Shown: positions 51,681 to 63,936 of the stretch, piece after piece
Layout of the letters: each line of letters opens with the position of its first letter
Numbering within the stretch: position 1 is the first letter of the stretch
Source: Octopus vulgaris
Taxonomy: Eukaryota
Direction: 5' to 3'
Length of the DNA stretch: 64,000 nucleotides
NCBI GenBank assembly: GCA_951406725.2
Contig: OX597827.1
Coordinates: 55,552,001-55,616,000 of the forward strand
Notes under the pieces: generated by a model
The model's input: only the letters and a program-made list of their open reading frames with translations
The model's database searches: none
Told to the model about the DNA's origin: nothing
Translations under genes and position numbers: made by a program

Positions 51681-52376
51681 TCTTAGCATTGATTTCTCTT
51701 AAAGGCGCTTGAGTTTTTTTTTGCTAAAGGCCTGAATTATTTGGCGCAAAGTATACTGCTGCAATGCCGTGAAGCAGTGCAGAAAATGGTTCAACAGAAA
51801 TAAGTACCTAGAATAATTTTTCCGTAATCTTTAGATGGGTGTATGTCATTCGGTTGTCAAAATATAACTAATATGTTCTGTGAAATAAGAACAGCATCCA
51901 CAAGATTCAAAGCAAATCCTGCCCATCTCCCTTTAAACTTCTGGAGAAAGTTGCTCTAAAGCAGGTTTGACCACTAATTTACATTCAAAACATCATTCGT
52001 TTCCCGAACGAGTTTAAATGCATTACTAAGGTTTTGTACGCCCATTCAATTCGTGTTTGTTGTGCGTACAGACACACATAGCATTGCTTACTTCAATGAA
52101 ATTTTTGAATCTGTTTTGATTTCTTGCCTAGATTTTTAATGTTTGGCATTAAATTAGTGACTCATAGTAGATAATTCTTCGAATTTGAATTAGTCAATCG
52201 TGACTGCATTTTCTTTGTTTTATTAGTTTCATAGATGAAAATATTTGCTTCGATATGGCTACTGCAACTGAAGTTCTTAGTTTTAAAAATGCTATAATGA
52301 TCGACAGAAATTAATCATGTTAGCAGCAGCATTTGGAACTATGAGAAGCTCAATATATTTTCTTTACAATAATGAA

Positions 52377-52613
52377 TTTTATTGTCTCGGGAGAGTCATT
52401 CTCTTTTAGTGCCTTAGAACGCAATTCCGAAAACGAACAGACTCAACGACTGTTGATTAAAAAGGTTGCAAGTCGCAATGAAAATTTTAGTAAAAAATAA
52501 GTAAATGAGTGGAAATCGATGAATGTCTTAAATAAGGTATAAAGAGAATGACTTTCCCCAGACAATAAAATATGCTCCAACACACGAATTCATATAAAGA
52601 ATCTTGCAAACCA
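52377..52613. repeat. Fold-back element, same family as 16265
   Basis: ttttattgtctcgggagagtcattctcttt / aaagagaatgactttccccagacaataaaa plus shared tail. Confidence 0.65.
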
Positions 52614-53858
52614 AATAATGATTTTTTTTTCCATGTATATGACTAGATATTTTCATGAGTTTTTTTTTCCTTGTTCAGTAAGTGAAGATAGATTTATCAA
52701 TGCATAGCATGCGGTCGTCTTTAGCGAACTCACGAAAACAACTTTCAAATGAACTTCTTATAATTCTTGCAGTTTTCTTTTAGTTGTTTCAGTCACTGGA
52801 CTGTGTCTATATGGGGGTACTGCATTGAAAAAGTTTAGTCGAACAAATCGTCTCCTGTACTTATTTTTTAAGTTTGCAACTTAGTTTATCGGACTTTTTT
52901 TTTGCCGAACTGCTACGCTACGAGGACGTTAACACAAACCAACACCGGTTGTTAAGTGGTGCGGGTACACACACACACAGAAGTGACTTTTCTGATTTTT
53001 CCACTTTAATAATTAAATGTTTATAATCGTCTAATTATTAAGGTGGAAAAATTATCAGAAAAGCCATTTCAATTAATTTTTTTCAAATATATAACACTGC
53101 ACTAAGGACTTTTTATTTCTCATTCTCTCTGTCTCTCTATATATATATATATATATACACACACTCACACACAACGGGCTTCCAGTTTCCGTCTGCCAAA
53201 TTCACTCACAAGGCATTGGTCAAATCGGGGCGACGATAGAAGACATTTGTTCAACTAAAACTGAACCCAAAATCACATGCTTGCAAAGTGAGCCATGCCT
53301 ACGAACAAATTTTTTCAGTATATCTAGAATGTTTTTTTTTTACCTCAATGGACGTCATTGATTGGTTGAAATTGCAGAAAAAAAAACCAAACAAACAAAT
53401 ATCTTACAAACTATAGAATTTTCTCAATAAAGCCAAGAGAAAAGATGTTTTATAAACACATTCTACCAGTATACGAAGTTTAAAATTTTCACAGCACAGT
53501 TGCTCTACTCTTAAGTGCAGAAACTGGTTCAAAACGTCATTTTCTAGCTGAGAAACGAACAGTTTTAATTTAATAACATTTCACAATGTTCTCTTGTATT
53601 CTTCTTTAATGTTTGTTGCTCTAATTGTTTTCATACGCTTCACTATAGTTTCTTTCTTTATTTTTCTTGTCGTATCACAATGCAGTAATATTTATGTAAA
53701 ACATTTTCAAAAACGAAGTAGTCCCGGTGGCCTTACTAATCACCAACTCTTCGTTAGTAAAAAATACTGTTGAGTTTACTGTAATTTATTTTTAGATTTC
53801 GCAAGAGAGATGAAGTTAGTCAATTTGATCCTTGTCCTTTGTTCTTGAAAAACATTAA

Positions 53859-54258
53859 GGATCTTTTCGGTTTGAACGGCAGTTTTTTCTAGCGGTGTCA
53901 TACGAAATTGTCACCCATAATTATGACCCTAGTATCGATCTATTGCATTTCAATCTGTTTTAGGGTTAGGGTTGAAGGTATCTTTTTTTTCTTCATAAAT
54001 GTAAATAAACCCAATCTGTTTCTTAAACGAGGGACATATTCATACGGCACTGAATGTTTTTTTTTACCTCAATGGACGTCATTGATTGGTTGAAATTGCA
54101 GAAAAAAAAAAAAAACATCTTACAAACTATAGAATTTTCTCAATAAAGCCAAGAGAAAAAGATGTTTTATAAACACATTCTACCAATATACGAAGTTTAA
54201 AATTTTTTTAGTTACCTAGAAATTATGTTAAAAACTGCTGTTCAAACCAAAAAGATCC
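53859..54258. mobile_element. MITE related to 50206 (GGATCTTTT termini)
   Basis: ggatcttttcggtttgaacggcagtttt ... aaaactgctgttcaaaccaaaaagatcc; internal part also at ~53330-53490. Confidence 0.7.
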
Positions 54259-54759
54259 AAACGTTAATTTCAGGTATAAGAATACTTCATCATCTAGTCG
54301 AGCTTTCTCGGACATTTTAAACTCTCACGCACCATCCGTCTCCTGCATTAGTTGAAGGAGGTATCCAATGTTTATGGTGAGTTGACCTACACACGTTGTA
54401 GATTATGGTATGCTGATGAAAACTCATTCATCTGGCTTATAATTTGCGGATAGGGGACTGGCCTGTAGCATCAGCGAATACTCAATAAGGAGTCCCAGAC
54501 AAAATCACTGGGACATAACGCCTGGGTCACGTGAAATCCCGAAACCCCTAAAAGAGCGGAAATGCAACTATCATTGGAAAGCAGGATAGTAGTAAGGAAT
54601 AAAATGCAAAGCATAAAAAATACTTCGCAGAACAAATGACGCTTAAATGAACCTTGGTCTGGAAACCTGTCAGTTTGACTGGCATTGCAATCACCTATAT
54701 GAGCTGCGACTATAGATGAGAAATTAGCAATCGAAAAACATTTCATAAAAATACTGGGC

Positions 54760-54979
54760 TACGAAGGGATACTGAAAAGTTCATGGTTCTAAGGGTGTTG
54801 TGAAAGGCCTGTTTGGAGGCCCAACCTTCCGAGTTCTTATCAGGGATTAGAAAAACTGAAGGACCACTGCATTAAATGCGTGAATCTGAGAGGGGAATAT
54901 GTTGAATAAAACCATAATTAACAGATCCTCCTGTATTTTCTTTTACCCAAAGCCAGGAACTTTTCAGCACCCACTTGTA
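54760..54979. mobile_element. mariner-like MITE
   Basis: TA-flanked tacgaagggatactgaaaagttc ... gaacttttcagcacccacttgta. Confidence 0.65.
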
Positions 54980-55123
54980 TATATGACAAATGTCGGTAGA
55001 TTTATCTGAAGTACAAGCATAGTAAAATGCTAAGTCCAGGATTAAGAAAAAAAAAAAATGATAGATTATCTTTTCACACATAATAGAGCATAAAATTTAA
55101 ATATTTAAAAGTTTTTTTTATAC

Positions 55124-55151
55124 TTTATTAACTTTTGTATAATGGTTTATT
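55124..55151 (-). terminator. Candidate polyadenylation signals (AATAAA x2) for the PRC1-like gene
   Basis: TTTATT on + at 55124-55129 and 55146-55151, at the end of ~1.1 kb repeat-free AU-rich sequence downstream of the stop. Confidence 0.4.
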
Positions 55152-56248
55152 GTTTAGCAAAAAAAAAAAAAAAAAAGTAATAAAAAAGGCAGAGACATCC
55201 TTTATTAAAACTTGGAAAACAAAAGATCTGTTACAAAATTTAATTTTAAAAATCACATCTTCCTGCAATCTCAAAAGTTTCAGTCTAAACAGAAAAAATC
55301 AGATTTGTGCACAATTAGGATTGTATTTATCTGAAAACTATTGCAGTTTACAGATAGTGTTCGAAAAAGAAAAGAAAAATCCATTTCACAGAGTAAAGAA
55401 TAACATTTTCAGGACCAATAAAACAAATCAAAACATCACATTTATTCTCTTATCATTTTATGCCATCCCCATCTTTCTTTCAAAACTAGACCACTTACTT
55501 TGCAAAAAGTATTAAAAAAAAAAGAAAAGAAAAAACAGTTCATAAAAATTAAGCTTCATCAAAAACTTTACAAATGATGTATGTACAATGAAAGTAATGG
55601 CAGACACAAGTGAAATAAACTACAAATAATAAAAACAATATTCTGGAGATTTATTATCCTCAACAGGAGTAAGCAGCAAGAAGTAGCACAAATTTGCATA
55701 TGTCTGTAGATATATTTTGTATGGTTATAAATAATATTGATAAAAATGACATCTAGTTGCTAGTGAAAGAAAAATGTACAATAATTGAAAGAAAAAAAAA
55801 CGTGGATGAAATTATTTGTTTTAAATAGTAATGTCTTTCTCAAACACCAACACATCCATGAATTCACATACAATCATTGCAGTGGTATAGTAAGTCTAAA
55901 ATTAAATAGAAGCAATAAGTATTTGCTTTGTACACTAGCCTGTGAAGCAAGGCTGAAGGAAATCCTAAGATACTATAAGTGCTGTGATAGAAAGGTGAAA
56001 CTGTCTGCAAAATAAGTGATGTGCAATATATACATTCTAGATTTTATGTACAGATCTAAATTTGACTATATACAGCATAATACACGATATAATCCAAGCA
56101 GGGAAAAAATATAATTTGCCAATTTCAATGATAACCAGCAAAGGTGTGCATTAGTTATTTTCTAGTGAAGTTTCCTCACCAACTAACATTTATACTATCT
56201 TAATGCTTAAGCTAATTTTTAAGTGGCAATTGCAAAAAACAAAAAGGT

Positions 56249-56431
56249 TTACAGTCGTGTTGACATTGGCGTGTGAGCTGGCATTCGTTGTGCGCTTGCC
56301 AGCTTCGACTTTGGAGTGTGAGAAACTGATTGTGATATGGGGGTTAGCTTAGATTTGGTAGGACACGGAGACTGGGCAGGTTCTATAATGCTACTTCGAT
56401 AGTTCATACGCTCCACCGAATTCAGCGTTTT
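56249..56431 (-). CDS. PRC1: PRC1-like last exon: KTLNSVERMNYRSSIIEPAQSPCPTKSKLTPISQSVSHTPKSKLASAQRMPAHTPMSTRL*
   Basis: tttgacag acceptor, open 61 codons to TAA, S/TP-rich basic tail; phase 0 with upstream exon. Confidence 0.7.
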   Translation of the reverse strand, partial: KTLNSVERMNYRSSIIEPAQSPCPTKSKLTPISQSVSHTPKSKLASAQRMPAHTPMSTRL

Positions 56432-56541
56432 CTGTCAAAGAGAAAATAGACACAAAATGAAGAAACACAATATAAATATTGTATATGAGATAAATTTCAA
56501 ATCAAATATTTGAAAGCAAAATGATAATCTAAAATACTTAC

Positions 56542-56685
56542 AGCAAATTCATTATAGCTTCCAGTTGATCCAAAACTAGCATCTTTCTGTACACCTCCTC
56601 TGATTGTTTTATGCAATAGCTTGTTGGTACGGTCAGCATTCTTGTCCCATGGTCGATAACGATTAGATTTTCGACGAGGTGTTGT
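56542..56685 (-). CDS. PRC1: PRC1-like penultimate exon: TTPRRKSNRYRPWDKN...ASFGSTGSYNEFA
   Basis: ttttcag acceptor, gtaagt donor; ends STGSYNEFA, similar to the PRC1 C-terminal 'STYSEFA' motif. Confidence 0.72.
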
Positions 56686-58806
56686 CTGAAAATATATTAA
56701 GATTACAATTAATTACTTATTTAGGTATGAGAATAATTCTCAAATGGCTAAAAAGTAAGTAGCTTATTGCAATGACCCTCAATATAACCAATATTAACAA
56801 GAATAATCTGGGAAGTGGAATAAAATATTGAACTGCCAAAATAAGAGGAAAGTACATTATGTTTAATACATACTGATTTTGTAGTGACATTCATGTTGGT
56901 GGTATTAATTCGGGTAGCTGACAAGGGTGTCCTCACTCCAGGAATTATCTAATAAGAAACATTTGTAAAATGTAAAACAAGGATAAAATAGCAATCAGAA
57001 ATATCAAACGCAGTATATCAATATATACATAAAATACACAGAGTGGAGAGAAGTTATAGAAGAGGGAAATGCAGGAAGATGAAGTAGTGAAGGACAATCT
57101 CAAAATGATGAACCTTGCGAAGGAGAAGACAGAACTGAGATATGTGGTGCATTGCTATACTTGAGAAAACCTAGCCCACTACAACAAAATTGAGATCTTA
57201 AAACCAAAGTACTGTCTAAAAAGCACTGATGTGGATGCTGGTGCCACATAGAAAGCCCCCAGTACACACTGTACAGTGGTTGGCATTAGGAAAGGCATCC
57301 AGCCATAAAAACAAGCCAAAACAGACTATAGAACCTGGTGCAGCCCCTGGCCTTGCCAGTTAGTCAAGCTGTCCAACCCATGCCAGCATGAGAAACATGT
57401 TAAATGATGATACATCACTAATCAGTAAGGCAACACACATTTATTTTAGTTCAACAAGTCAACTATTCCTGTATAAATTTCGTATTTTCCCCAAAGCCAC
57501 AAATTTGCAAGAGTGGAGTACAGTTGACAGATAGTCCGATGAGGTTTGGAAGCAAAGTAAATGCTGACAAGATTTCTAACCTGCAGTATCACTTAAAAGT
57601 TAGACATAAAAGAAACTAGCTGCAGTGTGCAAGAGAATTTTAAAGAATTAAAGTCAAACATATTTCACTCATCATCATCGTTTTGCGTTTGCTTTCCATG
57701 CTAGCATGGGTTGGACGGTTCAACTGGGGTCTGGGAAGTCAGAAGGCTGCACCAGGCCCAGTCTGATCTGGCAATGTTTCTACAGCTGGATGCCCCTCCT
57801 AACGCCAACCACTCCGTGAGTGCAGTGGGTTCTTTTTACGTGCCAGACGAGGCTGGCAGACGGCCACGGTCGGATGGTGCTTTTTACCTGCCACCGGCAT
57901 GGAGGCCAGGCGAGGCTGGCAACGGCCACGATCGGATGGTGCTTTTTACGTGCCACCGGTACGGAGGCCAGATGGGGCGGCACTGGTAATGACCATGTTT
58001 GGATGGTTCTCAATAACTGCAGACATACAGGAACTCCAAATATAAGTCATTAAAACAATTAGTCAACATGTTATATGAAAGGGCTATATATTTTAGCTGC
58101 AGTCAAGAACTGCTGGAATTTTATGAAGAAGAAAAAGGAAAAACAATTTTATGCAATGTTGAGCTCACACAAGCTCTTAAGTTCACTGAAGTAGCGAACT
58201 GACTAGCCTCTTAATTCAACCACCTACTCCAGGGATTCTCAACCATTATTTATCTATGGACCGCCTTTGATTATTATTCTATTCTGGTGGACTCCCATAG
58301 CCATTTGATGTTTAAAGCTAGCTTTATAGAAACTTATTTTGATTTATGTTTCACACATTAACTTGTGTAGGTTGAACTATGTAAAATGTTAGAGAAAGAA
58401 ACCTAGCTGTTTCTTCCAATACATACAACTAAAGCAAAATTTTTTTAGGGGCCCTTCAAATACTGTTGTGGATCCCCAATTTACTATTTTCTTGCATGGA
58501 CCCTCAAAAATGTTTTATGGGCCTTCAAGGGCCATATGAACCCCAGCTGAAAAACAGCTGACCTACTCTGAAGATATGAAATATAAAGTGTATAAGTGAG
58601 ATTAAGGAGAGAGCAGTAGAGAGAGAGAGAGATTGAGGGAGGGAGGGGGGGAGAGAGAGAGAGAGAGAGAAGAGTGTTGAAGGCAGTGAAGAATGGTAGG
58701 CATTAGAGAGGCAGAGAAGTATTTGTAGGCAATTGTGTTGAACAGGTAGCTGACATACGGCTGATCAACCTGCTTAAAATAACCAAAGAACTCACAAATC
58801 ACACCC

Positions 58807-59031
58807 TTAACCCTTTTGATACCAACCTGCCTGAAATTGCCCCCGGCTCAATGATACAAATTCCATTTTAAAGTGATCTAAATTAAAACCTTCCTTTAAA
58901 TTTCATGTTAATTTATATTCCAAACATAAGCTTAATGACAAAGTTTTCTTAATAAATCCTTCATTAGTTTCAGAATTACTTGAAGCAAAGGCAATATATT
59001 TCAATAAAAAATGTGGTAATGAAAGGGTTAA
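58807..59031. mobile_element. piggyBac-type MITE
   Basis: TTAACCCTTT...AAAGGGTTAA. Confidence 0.7.
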
Positions 59032-59034
59032 AAA

Positions 59035-59390
59035 CAGGCTACATGGTTCCGGGTTCAGTCCCACTGCGTGGCATCTTGGGCAAGTGTCTTCTACTATAGA
59101 CTCAGGCTGACCAAAATCTTGTGAGTGGATTTGGTAGACGGAAACTGAAAGAAGCCCATCGTATATATGTGTGTGTGTGTATGTTTGTGCATCTGTGTTT
59201 GTCCCCTTAACATCGCTTGACAACCGATGCTGGTGTGTTTACGTCCCCATAACTTAGCGGTTCAGCAAAAGACACTGATAGAATAAGTACTAGGCTTACA
59301 AAGAATAAGTCCTGGGGTCGATTTGCCCGACTAAAGGTGGTGCTCCAGCATGGCCACAGTCAAATGACTGAAACAAGTAAAAGAGTAAAA
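59035..59390 (+). mobile_element. SINE family A copy
   Basis: ggttcagtcccactgcgtggc...gtagacggaaactgaaagaagcc...gactaaaggtggtgctccagcatggccacagtcaaatgactgaaacaagtaaaaga. Confidence 0.8.
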
Positions 59391-60188
59391 CAGGCCACAT
59401 TGAACAATATATAGTGTTCTTGATATACAAATTACAGGATTGTCACAATTGAAACACTTCATACTGTTGTTACTTGACTTCTATATATCTGAGACAGTAC
59501 AACACCAAAGTTTACTTGAAGTCAACGAATGAAGGCCTGTGTCTTCAGTGACAAAAGTGATAAAATTTTGAGAGAAATGGGTCAATTAAATCAATCATCA
59601 GTGCAGTTCTAATTGGGTGGATTTTGACATCACCACATCATTGTGATTTGAACAAGAATGAAACTAAATACTTTCAAATAAAACTAAACTTGAATGAAAA
59701 AAAAAAAAAAATTCAAATTTTTGGATTGAAACTCCCACAAGTAATAAATTGAAAATAAATAAAATTTTGAAACAGCAATAATTATAAAATATAGATTAAA
59801 ATTTTTAAAAACTGAAAAAGATAAAGAGAGAAAAAACTAAGTTTGTTAGGAAGTTTGCACTGGCATTAGTAAAATACCTTATCAAAATGCTGCAATGCCA
59901 TTAATACCTAATGATGCCACTTTGTCACAATTGTAGCTGCTTTACTCATTTCTTAACAACAAACCTACTTTCACCAACATAAAACAGATTTCTGTCAAAA
60001 GGTGTAAGCAGGCTGAATCCAAAGTTGAATTTAAACTTTCCTTTTCCAGTAGAGTTTCTCTAGAGCAGTGTTTCCCAACCTATTTTCTCCCAAGATTCAA
60101 TATAACTTCCCATAAAAATGTATGCCCTGCTGGTGGTTGCCACCCCACCCAAAAAAACTATTTTTAATATTCTATAACAATTATTTAG

Positions 60189-60440
60189 TGGAGGCATGTG
60201 GCTTAGTGGTTAGGGTGTCAGCATCATGATCGTAAGATTGTGGTTTCGATTCCTGGACCAGGCGACGTGTTGTGTTCTTGAGCAAAACACTTCATTTCAC
60301 GTTGCTCCAGTCCACTCAGCTGGCAAAAATGAGTAACGCTGTGATGGACTGGCGTCCCATCCAGCTAGGGAACACATACGCTATAGAAACCGGGCCCATG
60401 AGCCTGGCTAGGCTTTAAAAAAGGGCACTTTTATTTATTT
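60189..60440 (+). mobile_element. tRNA-derived SINE (family D)
   Basis: A-box tggcttagtgg, B-box ggtttcgattcc; homolog of 42378. Confidence 0.8.
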
Positions 60441-60929
60441 TTGTTGTGGGGACATAAACACACCAACACTGGTTGTCAAAAAGTGGTGGTGGACCAACAC
60501 AGACACCAAGACACGTACACATATATGTATGACAGGCTTCTTTCAGTTTCTGTCTACCAAATCCACAATCTACTCACAAAGCTTTGGTCGGCCCAAAGTT
60601 ATAGAAGACACTTTCCCAGTGTCACGCAATGGGACTGAATCTAAAACCAAGGCTTCTTACTACATAAGCCATGCCTGTGCTTATCACAAGAAATTGATAA
60701 ATGGAAAAGTGATACTTTATGTATGCAGGCAAAGGCTGCATACATGAATCTTATTTTAAAAGAAAGATGTTGAATTTACAAGAACTAAAAAGCATAATAT
60801 CAAGTTAGTGGTTATTTGTTTTATAATTTTCTCTTCAATTTATTCTAAGAGTTAGAAATTAGTTCAACAACCGAAACAAACGCCATTAGTAGCAACAGCT
60901 TTGAAATAAATACTATTTAAGTATCTTGC

Positions 60930-60962
60930 CTTTGCCTTGCCTCTTGGTGTTGACTGACTTCG
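60930..60962 (-). CDS. PRC1: Candidate PRC1-like microexon RSQSTPRGKAK (GC donor)
   Basis: aatttcag acceptor, 33 nt phase 0/0, donor AAG|gcaaga; TP+basic composition like the flanking exons. Confidence 0.45.
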
Positions 60963-61134
60963 CTGAAATTTTGCACAAAAACTAAATTATTCGTTTTGAA
61001 GTCATGGAATGTGTAGTTTTATAACATTTATGAGGCAAGGTGAAAATAAAAACCTGGAATAACTTAAAAGCAAACATACTTTTAATAATTAGATTAAATG
61101 TTATCAATTGAGAATTTAGAGCAAATTAGTCTAA

Positions 61135-62840
61135 CAGTGACGTGACCAGTAAATTCTATTATGGTAAATTTCATGATAGGTAAAATTCACTGCAGTATAT
61201 TCCACTACGGTAAATTCCACAGGCCCTTATTATACACTTCTCAACTAATTAGTCGTTTGTTCAAGTATAGGTTTATGCCTTTGTTACCCCTTTTTTTAAC
61301 TGAATTTCACTGTACTGCTAATTTTTTTCTCTTCAGTTTAACTTAAAATTTTGAAACCCTCAACCATGGCAACATTTATGACGAAGAGAATCATATATAC
61401 AAAAAGAATGGGGTTACCAGTAGCAAAACTAAAATATATTGGCATTACGAGCATTTTTACAAAGGTTGCCGGGATAGGATACATACAGCTTTCAACAGGC
61501 TCGTATAATCACTAAGCAAGCAGCGCACACGTTAATGTCTGAAAGGCAGTTAATTCAATGCAAAGTGAAGTAATGAGAATTGGGCACAGTATCTTCATGG
61601 GAAGTAATAGCTACTGCTGTACAAAATCTCGGTGAGGAAGCACAATCATTGTTGCAAACTATTCCTGGACTTTCACATAACATATGTAGTTGGAGGCAGC
61701 ATGCTTTAGAAATCCCAGCGCTTCCAACTTGTCGTTCAGGGTTTGAAATTCCTGATGCAGTTAAGTACTTAGAAATTGGGTCCTTGTTTTTGGTCTTTGA
61801 CATTGGCATTGATAACTCAGAATTTTAGTTTTTCCTCAGAAAAAGGCTTGGATGATCTAGAAAGCTCAGAAAATTGGGCCTGTGATGGGACTTTTAAAGT
61901 GTCTCCTAGTTTGTGGTGTCAGCTTTTCACGCTACATATCATCATTAGAGGGTTGTGTGTGCCCAGCCTATTTGCCTTCCTGACAAAAAGAAGCCACATA
62001 TCATCATGATCTGTCTGCTGTGTGGGATCTAAGGGCAAATTGTTGACCTGCAACCTTTCTCATGGACTTTGAAAAAGCTCTCCATAATCCATTTGTTTCT
62101 GTATTTCTGCATTTAGAAGTACTTGGGTGTATTTTTTCACCACAGACAGTCTATTTGGTGGAAGATATGTGCACTTGGTGAGAGTAGGAGATACAACACT
62201 GATGAAAGTTTTCAGTTTAAAATTAAGTGTTTTTGCGCTTCAGTATTTTTACCAACTGAAGATGACGTTAATGGATTTGAAGATTTGTCTGAAGATGAAA
62301 GCATTCCTTCTGAGTTTATCACTTATTTTGAGAATTCATACATTGGGACTGTAAGAGGACGCAGCCTTCGTTGACGAAGAGAAATCCCAGTTCCCTATCC
62401 AACTCTGGAATATACGTGACTGTGTTTTAAATGGCTTGCCAAGAGCAAATAATTCGGTAGAAGGGCTCCACAATGCTTTGTGGTCACCGATAATATCCAC
62501 ACGCCCAAATTTGTGGTCACTTTGCAATGTCTTTAAGACTGAAGAAGGCTTAAGGCAGATGAAATGCACATATTCACATGGGGACCCGACAAAAAAAAAA
62601 AAAGTCCTATCACATGATTGATGCTCAACTAAAGAAGCTAGTTGAGAATTATCAATCTGAAAATGCTCTGCAATTTAAAAAAAATATTGCACGCAATTTG
62701 CCATTAAAGAATTCTCTTCAAATATAATAAACTTTTTCCATAACTTTATTTCTATGTCCTCGCCATCATTTTTCTGTAAATATGTGAATAAAATGTGATC
62801 TAAACTGTATTCATATTACCTATAATGAAATTTACCTACA
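61135..62840 (+). mobile_element. Decayed Mutator-like (MULE) DNA transposon
   Basis: FLYWCH-like N-terminus (HIYKKN...IYW...GC..RIHT), MULE motifs W.CDGTFKVSP, FLMDFEKAL, GC.FH..QS.W.KI, LPR.NNSVEG.HN; frameshifts and stops; subterminal inverted repeat ggtaaatttcatgataggtaa / ttacctataatgaaatttacc. Confidence 0.85.
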
Positions 62841-62889
62841 ACCAACATTGAACTCATTTTTCAGTTGGTGTAACTGAGCAATAGTATAT

Positions 62890-63450
62890 ATGAGGGTGGA
62901 CTGAAAAATTCATTGACTGTGAAGGAGTGATGTTAGAGCTGTGAAATGTTGTATACATTAATAATTGCATTGTTTTTTTTTTCTTTTTCAGATAAACTAA
63001 CATCTGACTGTTCAAAGATTACCTAAGTAATTAATAGCAACTTCTTTTGAAATGGATAAAATTTGGCATCATGACGTTATCAAGTACCTGCAGGAAAAGG
63101 ATTTAGTCCTCAAGAACATTCATGTTGACATGGTTGCTTCATGAGGGGATAACGCTCCAGCTTGACCAACTGAGCATTAGTGGGCAGCTGAATTAAAGAG
63201 GGACAAGAGTGTCTCGAAGATGTCACCACTAAAAGGAAAACATTGATCGGGTTCACCACATGGTGACGGATGACAGGCAACTGACTATAAACCAAATAAC
63301 CAATGCTACTAGCATATCCTGTGAGAGAGTTGAAGATATTCTACATAATGAACTTGGCATGACAAAGGTTTCTACTTGATGGGTACGTCTTCTGATATCT
63401 GATCAAAAGTACACCAGGCTGATCATATCACAGGAAAATCCGACATTTTA
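62890..63450 (+). pseudogene. Decayed mariner (Mos1/SETMAR-type) transposase N-terminus
   Basis: MDKIWHHDVIKYLQEKDL..KNIH.DMV...GDNAP HTH region and ELGMTKVST*WV (WVPH motif); TA-gagggtggactgaaaa TIR-like start. Confidence 0.75.
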
Positions 63451-63807
63451 AAAAATAAATACTGTTTTATCAAGAGTCACTCCTTTAATCCATTAACTGC
63501 AACGGCCTGTTACTGTAACTTATTGGTCGTGCGCTATTGCTCTCGACATTTAATTACAAGGAAATCTAACTTTTTTTGCATTTTTACAATATTTCATAAT
63601 TAAACTTTAATATTTAGCACTAACGTTATTTAAATATCCTCAAAACCATGTCAGAGATACAGAATAAAATATTTTTTCAAATTATGAAAAATGTATCACT
63701 GGTGGTGCATATGGCAATTGTGAAATTCACAATAAACCACCAGTGGTACATGTGGTCGTTAACATTATAAAGAATAAGGAGAATATTAATATTTGCTTCT
63801 TACTTAC

Positions 63808-63936
63808 CCTTCGAGTTTTATTCACTACCATCATAGATGGTGTGATCGGCATTCGGGCTCCTCGTTTCTTTGGAGTCATAGCGGGTTTAGTACCAAATTT
63901 CATATCCGATTCCATCTGTAGGGCCCGTGATTTTTG
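63808..63936 (-). CDS. PRC1: PRC1-like exon: QKSRALQMESDMKFGTKPAMTPKKRGARMPITPSMMVVNKTRR
   Basis: ctgcag acceptor, gtaagt donor; aligns by eye to the PRC1 segment K.....E.EM.YGS.P.TP.KR....TP with its CDK sites; gene continues beyond the window. Confidence 0.78.

Noticed and set aside
55135-55515. 126-aa plus-strand ORF
   Set aside because: Antisense to the AU-rich PRC1-like 3' UTR; poly-K comes from A runs
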